Assembly (NCBI GenBank): GCA_964019335.1
Contig: OZ025717.1
Coordinates: 1 to 64,000, forward strand
Direction: 5' to 3'
Origin: Diplonema japonicum
Lineage: Eukaryota > Protista > Euglenozoa: Diplonemea
Length of the DNA: 64,000 nt
Shown here one piece after another: positions 55,229 through 64,000 of the stretch. The first letter of the stretch is position 1. The number at the start of each line of letters is the position of its first letter. Below the pieces are notes generated by a model that saw nothing but the letters and a program-made list of their open reading frames with translations, was not told where the DNA came from and did no database searches. The position numbers and the translations under genes are program-made.

Positions 55229-58200
55229 TCAATCAGTCCCTGTGACAGTGCCGACCACAGTAGGGTCCAATCCCTGTTGTTTGTTGTCTTTCACAGTCTA
55301 CATACCTTCAGCCACTGAACTAGCTTCGCAGGGTCCCACACATGCATGAAGAAATTCTTCGTGCTGTTGTCAGGCAGGCCTGCCACCTTCACAAGAGCAT
55401 CGATGAAAGTCTTCAGCTCGCTGTGCATCTCAACGTATGCCTACGTGCAATGGTTGTGAGTTGACGTGGGCATACCTCAATAATGTTCCCTTTCACAGGC
55501 TTGAAGAGGATGCCCATAGTGTGCTGGTTAGAAAGGTAGAACTTCATCTTCTCCATGAGGGCAGGCATCCCCACCTCGAACCTCTCCAACACAGTCCTGT
55601 ACTCTTTGACCACCTGTTGTGCATGAAGGAGAAAATAAACCAAAACAATACCTGATCCATCTTCGCCATTCCTTTCGAAAGGCGCTCACTATCCTTCTTC
55701 GACATAGAGGAGCTTGTAGGCGTGGAGGGGACTGGTGCGAGGTCTGATTCAGGCGCAAGGTCTGTAGCAGCTGCCTCGGGTGCGAGATCGTGCTGCGCCG
55801 CAGGGGCATGCGGGGGTGTGGATGGGACAGGTGCAAGATCGTTCGTAGGTGTAGCTTGCTCAGGCGCTGGTGTGGATGTCAGCGACGGGGCTGGTGTGCT
55901 CACAGGTGCACCAGGCGTACCGGCAGTGGCTGCCGTTGCTGGGGTTCCAGGAGTTGGGGGGGCGAAGTTCCCCATCACTGTCTCAATGAGCTGCTCCAGG
56001 GGCTCTGTAGTACCCAGGGGGTCCGACACACGCTGTTTCAGCAGCTTCGAGAACTTCAGTATGCTCGACCCAACATGGTGAGACGCCACGAGGATAAACT
56101 GTTCGCAGGCCTGTTTCAGCTGTTGGTCCAATTCCTTCTTCGTGTCGTGCTGCGTGGCTGCAACAGAGATCTCGCTGTAGCGAATGTTTGAAAGGTCCAC
56201 ATGCTTCTCGACAAAGTTGAAGTTGACTTCGAAGGGAGAGATCTGCTCACGCAGCTGGAGTAGATGCATGACGAGGAACAGCTTGCTGTCCAGCTCCGCA
56301 TAAGGAATGATACTCTTCGGGGTCACCTTGATGGTGTGTGTAACCTGCACCAACGAAGCAGTACAGGATTTGATCGTCTCTTGCGCGATGGTGCTGAAGA
56401 CACCCTTGTCAACGACGTTGTACAGTGCCGACATGAGGTTCAGCGCGTTCTGCAAGGTCGGGAAGTAGCGGCTCTTGAAAGTCCTGCGCAGATTCCCAGG
56501 GGCCTCATTCCCAGGGCCGCCCTTGGCCACAGACTGACTGACAGCGCCCAGTATGTGGTTGATGAGCGCCTCCTTGCTGTGAGCTGCGTCGCCCTCCTTC
56601 TTCGCAACACTAATACCTTCCTTATCAATAACCTCTTGCAGCTGAGCAAGTGACATCTCAGAGAGCTCCTTCTTGCTATACGCCGTCTCGCCTGTGTGGC
56701 AGTACTTCAGGCATTCGCTCTGCGAGTAGCTGAACGGGGTTATGACGTCCTTAACGTAGATTGACGCCCTGAAGATGAGCCTCTCCTGCGCATCTTGGCA
56801 CATGTGGCTCATGATCGAAGCCAGTAGCTGGCCTGCTTCACCTGAGGTCTGCAGCCTGCTCAGGATGGCGTTATTCAGTGTGTGGATAATGGTGCACAGG
56901 TTAGATATGTCGTCTTCACACAGCACAGTGGACCTGAAGGCATCGTACAGCACCAGAGCCACCGTGTCGATAATCTGCTTGGGCACTGCCTTGCTCTTGG
57001 TGTTCTTCCATAAGTGCTGGAAGAGTTCTGCCTCATCAGTGGCCATTGCCAGCAGGTATGTCGTGCCGTGGGCCACCATGCTGTTCAAGTCCTTCTTCTC
57101 GCTGCCGTTCAGGTGGGGTGCCATGTAGTCCGTAAAGATAGGTGTCAGCAGATTGAGCCTTACTTGCACATAGGCATCAAGCACGTCCTGCAGGAACACC
57201 CTGCTGTTGTCGTCATTGCACCTTTGCTCCAGCGACTCGAACAGCGGGAGTGTGTCGTTTAACTTTGCTCGGAACTCGATGCTCAGCACGCTGCCCAGAC
57301 CAAAGCTCCCAGGAGGCACAGAGCCACTCACATTAAGCTCATCAGCTGAGGCCTCTGTTGTAGGCCCCTCAGAGCGCAGAGACGATTTTGAGGCGTTCCG
57401 CGTGAGATCGCTGGACGATCCCCCGCTTTTGCCGCCCGTCAAGTACGCCCACCGGGACTGTGTCTTAGTCCGTGCCACGATGGCTTGGAACCTGGTGTCC
57501 TTGGAAACAGAACTCGACACTTTGTTGATGGAACTGATGCCGACATCTCTAATGAGAACCATAGCCTTCTGCTGCGTCACGTGCATCCTGCTCAGGTACT
57601 GCGAAGCGGATTTGAACTGCTTGTTGCTGGAGAGGAACTTCATAGTGTTGTCCATGTCTGCGAGCAGCTGATTGAAGTGCTTACTGGTGGGACTAAGGGA
57701 AGAGTTGCTGAACTCATTGCTGAGCCTGTCGACGGTGGCGAAGTGCTTGAGACGCTCTTCGATGCCGTTGCAGAGGGCCTGACAGTTCTCTGACGTAGAG
57801 ATCAAGGCTGACGCTTGGCTGGAGAGGAAGGTCGACTGCTGCTTCACAGCGTTGTTGATCTCAACCAAGCTGCTGAGCTTCTTGTTCAGCAAGCTGATGT
57901 CCGACGTCACGGTGCTGCTCTCCTGCATCCAGTAATTCACCCTCTTTATCCACTTCCCCAGCTTCTCCTTCTCAATTTCCATGCCCCCACTGGAAGCCTT
58001 CTGCACAAACTCCTCGCACCCGGTGTCATCCCACCCCTCAGTCACATCCACGGGCTCTGACAGCACTCCGAAGTACTCCTCTGCATCCCTACACCCCACA
58101 ACTTTTATCGCAAGCCTCCCCTGTGCGTCGTTGCTGTCAAGCTGGTTCTTCTCCTTCACCAGCTCCTGCCCCACAAGATACTCGGGCATTGGCCTCAGCT

Positions 58201-58258
58201 GCTTGCTTGTATCCTCTAGCAACGCAAGTGCCTGCAGCACCCCATCCTCCATCTCCAT
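55229..58258 (-). CDS. COG3: Conserved oligomeric Golgi complex subunit 3 (Sec34); introns 55614-55651, 55441-55475, 55274-55305
   Basis: DAQERLIFRA, YFPTLQNAL.LMSALY..VD..VF..IAQE, LFLVMHLLQLREQISPF, MKFYLSN..T..ILFKPVK. Confidence 0.88.
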
Positions 58259-58657
58259 CCTGACCTGTGTAGTTGCGGTTGCGGTTGCGGTTGGTGCAAT
58301 GGGGGACTAAATAAGGCTCTAGGCAAGAAACCAGGAATGAAAGATGCTTCCCAATTGTACTCCTTGGAACATTAGAAAAGGTTTCAGGAAGACAAATCGG
58401 GCAGAAATCTTATCTTAAAATTAACTTTTGAAACTCCTCAAGAATACAAGCTGGGTGACGTCCTCAGACGGGTTTACGTCGGGTGCAGACTGCCTGTCGT
58501 CCTCCTTCACCTTTGAAATCGATGTGTGCCAAGACAAGCCTTGCACGCCATGCGATCACCACTCTACATTGCCCTCCATGCTCTTATTTTTTTTCGTGTA
58601 AACTGCTTTAGTGTATCGGATGCACAGGGCAAAATGGTTATTTTTGTACATTCTACT

Positions 58658-59647
58658 CTAAAGTCCCAACCAGTCTGTTTCTGGTAGAGAGGAGCCTGTG
58701 GACACAAGATTTGGGTGGTAGTTCTTTCTTGAATCGGGCCAGTGCTGGCGGATGAGGTGCTCTGAGATGTCAGGAACGGCTTCCCCGCAAAGGGGGCAGC
58801 TGCCTCCGGTGCCTTCCGCCGAAGAGGTCCCGAGGCTAGGCTCATAGCGGGTACTGAAGTGAGGAGAGTGGTGTCGGTGGCGTGTGTCGAGGACGGTGGA
58901 TGACATCAGGTCATCTGCAGCTTGGAGCTCTGTTTCAAGGAGGCCGGCGAGGCCCTCGAGAGCGGAGCACGAGAGCGTGGCGGTGGCCCTGGCAGTGTGT
59001 TTGCACTTCTTTGTTTTGCAGACATCGCATGTACGCCGTGCGACGCAGCTCACGGGGATGAAGATGAAGTCTGTTTCCTTTGTCTGGTCCGCTTGGCGTT
59101 GGACGATGCCGGCGTGCGAGTCACGCATGCTGAGAATTTGCAGCTTCTGCCTGTTGGAGGTCACACCGTTGGCAGCATCCTCTTCAAGCCTCCTGATAGA
59201 CGGGAGGAAGTGGAACTGGTGGACAGAACGGAAGGGAAATCGCTTCTTCCGCGGGTGAGAAGGGTCCGGGGCTGTGAAAAGAATGTTAAGATTGATGCAT
59301 GTATTGTGCCACTCTACTATGTGTGCGGTGTTCTGCACTTTGTACCACCAGATGCCGTCGTGCTCGATGGGGCGCACGAAGTTAAGATGGACAGAAAGGG
59401 TGGCTGCGGGTCTTGGGTGGTGCCACAGCAGGATGTCAACACCTGGGGCAGGGACGCCCCCGCCTGGCACGGCCACCTTACCGTGTGGGGACACGGAGTA
59501 CTGACAGTCCCCTAAACAGTTCAAGTCCTCCAAACCCTCCATAAGCTCCCGTGCGAACCCCATCTTTCCGGCCATGTTCCAAGTTGTCTTGACATTCTCA
59601 CCACCCATCCCCTCTACCTCCCAGGTCGTCGGTTTCATGGCCCGCAT
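58658..59647 (-). CDS. Hypothetical protein with C-terminal C2H2-like finger
   Basis: CPLCGEAVPDISEHLIRQH; start taken at MRAMKP because the upstream part of the ORF is homopolymer-derived. Confidence 0.6.
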   Translation of the reverse strand: MRAMKPTTWEVEGMGGENVKTTWNMAGKMGFARELMEGLEDLNCLGDCQYSVSPHGKVAVPGGGVPAPGVDILLWHHPRPAATLSVHLNFVRPIEHDGIWWYKVQNTAHIVEWHNTCINLNILFTAPDPSHPRKKRFPFRSVHQFHFLPSIRRLEEDAANGVTSNRQKLQILSMRDSHAGIVQRQADQTKETDFIFIPVSCVARRTCDVCKTKKCKHTARATATLSCSALEGLAGLLETELQAADDLMSSTVLDTRHRHHSPHFSTRYEPSLGTSSAEGTGGSCPLCGEAVPDISEHLIRQHWPDSRKNYHPNLVSTGSSLPETDWLGL

Positions 59648-61309
59648 ATTGCGCCCTCTTTTCTCTTCTTTTCTTCTTTTTTTTTTTCTTTCCCCCTCCT
59701 TCCTTCTACAAGAGACAATGGAGGCGATAAAGCTATCCTCAAACTGCGTTGGACGGGCGGTACAGTCAGTTGTTCCCAGCGGATGGTCTGGGCGTGGGGG
59801 GGAATAGAAAAGGAAGAGGAGGTGGGAGAGAAAAAAGAAAAAGATAACACGAGAGAAAGAGAGAAGAAGAAGAAGAGAGAGAAACGAAAAAAAAAGGGGG
59901 GTGTGAGGGGATGGGGGAATAGGGGGAAAAAAAGGGGGTGGGAATAGAAAAACCATTGTGTGTGGATGTGGCACCGTGTTTGTAACTATTTTGAAACGGG
60001 GGGGGAATAAATAAAAGTCTTTCGAACCCCTTACCCACTCCCGTCGTCCCATTATCATCTGTGAAATGAATTTCTTCAAAAGCTGATGCGAAGATCCCTT
60101 AGTACTGCACATGGCATTAGGTGGTGGTTAACACGGGTCTGATAGACAGGCTTGGAGTGATATAATAATTACAAATACGGTGTGGAAGAAGAAAAGAAAT
60201 AGGAGGCATCGAGACAAGCATTATAGAGGAAATGAAATTAGTAAATAGAGAACAAAAATATCCCTTTTTCGTTCCTTTTCTTTTTTTTTTCGGATAAGAA
60301 CAAAAAAAAAAAAAAAAAAAGAGGGGGAAAAGAAAAGAGGGGAAAGGATCAGTGCTCGTTGTGCCCACATGTTCCTCCAGTGCCCGCCTCTTTTTGTTTC
60401 TCTCTTTTTTATTTTATTTTATTTTTTTTTTTCCTTTTCTTTTTTTTTTTTAAACTGTGGGCCGAAGGGCACCCCATCATCAAAGAAAAAGCCCTTTAAA
60501 AAAAAAAAATTCGTTATGAGACTTTTATACCGATTATTGGGTGGCAGCTCTGCTTTTAGCAGCAGGCACACCCTCCACGCTGCCTATCTTAACCAAGCAC
60601 TATAAATATCAAGAGGGTTTTCTTTCTCTCTCCCCCTCCCCCCCCCCATCCCTCACGCTTCGCTTTTCTGTTCCCTGACGAAACACGCATGAAAGCGACA
60701 GCGTCCTCCTTTAGAATAATAATAATAACAATAATAATAATAAGAATAATAAAAAAGCAGAATAAAAGAAAGTAAAAAAAAAAAATATCTTGTTGCAGGG
60801 GGGGATATGGGACAAGGACTGGGAAAGTGCTTATTACGTGTCCTGCTCCCTCCTTCTCATAAGAGGGGGGATTTCGCACAGTGGGGAGGGGGAGGGGGGG
60901 GATGAGTAAAAGGATTGTGGTAAGGCTTTTTTTTTTTTTTTTTTTTTTTCTTCTTCTTTTTTTTTGTCTTCTTCTAAACCTGTAACAGGAGGTGGGGTAC
61001 ATTAGTTTTGCTATTCTCCCGTGTCAAAAAAAAAAAAAAAATTGTATCCGCAAATAGGTGCACTTGAAGATCACCTCTTGCACCGCCGCATTGAATCAGG
61101 TTTATTTTCTTTTTTTTCTTCTTTGGAAAAAAAAAGGAGGGGGAAAAGAAAAGCTATGTTGCATTACCCTCTCTTTTCTTTTATTTTTTTTATTTCCCCC
61201 CCCCCGTACTCCCTCCTATTCTTCCTCCCTTTCGTTTACCCCTGGAAGGGTATTTTGTCTCTAAGACTTCAATCAGGGTAGGGCACGAAAGAGGGGTGTG
61301 GTTTGGTAT

Positions 61310-61361
<52 letters not shown>

Positions 61362-62407
61362 CCTTTCGCTCCAACGCTAAGAACGAAGATTTCCCTTTTT
61401 TTTCTTTTTTTTTTTTCTAAACTGCTAACTTTGATCCTAATAGTCGAGGATATGCATCAAAATCAACCCCCTTAGTAATACCAACTTTTATCATCTGGGA
61501 AGGAAAACTTTTCGTCCGATCCCGGTCCCCAAAGTTATAAATCTCAACATAGTGCCCATGTCTTCAATATCAAGGAACAAAGGAGTATTCCAAACAGAGA
61601 AATTTTAGAGACATTTTTGAAAACTTGGGGGTCAAGTTGGCACTCCACCCATTAAAAAAAAAAAAAAAAGAAAAAAAAAAAAACATGAGTACTCGAGGAG
61701 AATAAATAATAATGGGAAGAAAAAAAAAAAAAAAAAAAAAGGGAAATCCAGCTAGGGGCTGCACTGTCCTACTGTAGTTGTTACACCAAATTTTGTAAAA
61801 GGTATTGCTAAATACATGAAGGAAAAAAAGAAGGAAAAAAAAAGAAAACTGTAGTAACAAAAACAAAAAAAAAAGAGTAATAAAAACCTGTACCTTCGCA
61901 ACCTCCACAGGCGGGAAAGAGAAAGTTATACTTCGTGTTTTTTTTTTTTTTTTTTTTTTCCCGTGTATTTCCCATTCTACTCCGCTCTTTCTCTTTTTTT
62001 TTTTAAACTTTTTTTTTTCCCTCCACGAAAAGAAAAAAAAAAAAAAAATCGTTAGCAAGGAACAAAAAAAAAAAAAAGATAAAGGTGTAAGTGTTCGAGG
62101 AAATAAGGGCTGAGGAGAGTAGGAGGGGAAGAGAGGGGGGATAAATAAATAAATAAATAAAAGAGGGGAATTAGGGTAAAAGGGTAAGGGTATGTAGTGT
62201 AAGGGGGAGGGGGGAGATACCCATTTCTAAATGGGAAATTTGTACAATATTTCTTCTTGTTATTCTTTTTTTAGAATTTGCAAGGGGAGTGAGGAGGGGG
62301 AGGCGGGGGAGGAAACAAATAAAGAAGTGAGGAATAAAAAAAAAATAAAAAAAGAAAAGAGAGAGGTCTCAAATTCGTAAATTATGCCATTAGTGAGACT
62401 TGAACCG

Positions 62408-62438
<31 letters not shown>

Positions 62439-63396
62439 ATTTTCTGCGATTTTTTTTTTTTTAGGCAACATGTGTATAGCACCATGTGTAAAAAATGAAA
62501 AGAAAAAAATTTTTTGAAAAAAAAAATATTGGTAGGAGGCCTGTGGATCTTTAAGGAAAGGTTTTTTGTTGTTGTTGTTGTTTTTTTTTTTTTTTTTTTT
62601 CTTTTTTTTTTTTAAATTCATCTCTTTTCCTGAGGCATTTCCCCCCCCTTTTTTTTTTAAATTTACAGCTTTCTTTTTTTTTTTTTTGCCAATTGTACAC
62701 GAAGCGTGAGAAAAAAAAGGTACAAATACTACCCCCTCCCCCGCCCTATTATACCCGGGAATACAAAGGCGTAGAAGTACAAACAAAAGTTGCCCCCCCC
62801 CCCCCCCCCCCTGCTCAAGGGGGCATAGTAAGGCGGGGAAAAAAAAATTCTACTTAACAACTGGGCTTTATCACCACATCTGAGATTGGCTTGTGTATCC
62901 CAAGTGCTGGTGCATTCAGTTCCTGTCCTTTGGCGATGCTTAGGATAATAAGCTAAATGTGTCCGGTGTCCAGGGGGGGGGGGGGGGGTATAATAAGGCG
63001 GGGATTTATATATAAAAAAAAAAGAGAAAGAAAAAAAAACCGGGGAGGGAGGGAGGGTGGTATGACGCACACCACTACCATTTCTTTCGAAATAACATGG
63101 GGTAAAATAATTTACCCCTCCTCCTCCTCCCCCCCCCCCACCAAAAATGTGTACCCCTGCAATGAGGCACCGCCCTTTTTTCTTCTTATTTTGTTTTCTT
63201 CTTTTTTTTTCGGCAGGGAAAAAAAAGGGGTGGGGTGTGGTGTTGTTGGGGGGGGGGGGGGGGGGGGACACGGGTGACGGCTAGCTATCCACTAAAGTAA
63301 AAAAAAAAAAAAAAAAAAAAAAAGACCTTATTTCTAAAAATAACGTTTCCGCACCTCCCGCCCCCCCTTCTTTTCTTTTTTTACCCCCTACCCATG

Positions 63397-63501
63397 TCAC
63401 TCCTTGGGGTCTTTTTGGTGTATTTTGTAAGAATTGTACTTGCCAATCTCTTCCCACAACCCTTCCCGTAGTTCCTCAGATGTGAGGTCAGACGAGTCCT
63501 G

Positions 63502-63532
<31 letters not shown>

Positions 63533-64000
63533 CTCACCCACACCTTTTCCCAGTAAAATTTGTCCTCACACTCAGGTTCGTCATTTGGATCATGCAGCTG
63601 CCTAAAAAAGAGGTACTTTTCAATTAAGAATCCATACGCAAGGTAGGGGTGCTTCAGTGCCTCTGAAGCAGTGATACGCTTAGCAGGGTTGAATACCAGC
63701 ATGCTTTCAATAAAATCGATGGCTTGCTTGCTGTAAGGGGGATAGCTTTGAAGTGGGGGGGGGGGGGGGGGGGGCACACCTCGCACTCTGCACCAGTGTA
63801 GAGAGGGGGACGGGTGACTTCTTCTTCATGGACTTGAGGTACCTCACAGCCTCTTCGCTCTTGATGGCTGCCATGTCCTCTTCACTCGGGACTCCCAGCA
63901 CGTCCGTGATGATGTTGAGCTGGTTGATGTAGTCCCTCCCTGGGAAGAGCGGCTTCCTGTTGATGAGCTCCGCCAAGATGCAGCCGATGGACCACATGTC
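63397..64000 (-). CDS. MAP kinase, 3' portion; introns 63731-63779, 63602-63637, 63499-63543
   Basis: [60 protein letters not shown] (MAPK common-docking motif). Confidence 0.92.

Overview
Eukaryotic protist DNA, almost certainly a diplonemid (Euglenozoa). Two copies of a 38-nt sequence match nt 2-39 of the diplonemid-type spliced leader (SL), and all ~27 recognisable genes lie on the minus strand in one compact, polycistron-like cluster with unusually small (mostly 30-49 nt) GT-AG introns. The window opens with ~33 units of a telomere-like octamer (TTTGCGGG)n whose polarity is reversed for a left chromosome end. Next comes a head-to-tail array (266-8755) of three rearranged CRE-clade-like non-LTR retrotransposon segments. 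Two of them begin exactly with SL nt 2-39 plus an identical 143-nt 5' leader, and together they carry AlkB dioxygenase, OTU protease, zinc-finger, RT-thumb and restriction-like endonuclease modules. The array truncates a glutathione S-transferase gene. Further in are two secreted-protein genes (GH18 chitinase, Cys-rich protein) sharing an upstream element, a 35-bp hairpin, and housekeeping genes (CAMKK, RPL27, kinesin-14, UTP13, ARF x2, mitochondrial carrier, COG3, MAPK and others). All calls come from reading the sequence and recognising motifs by eye; no database search was run.
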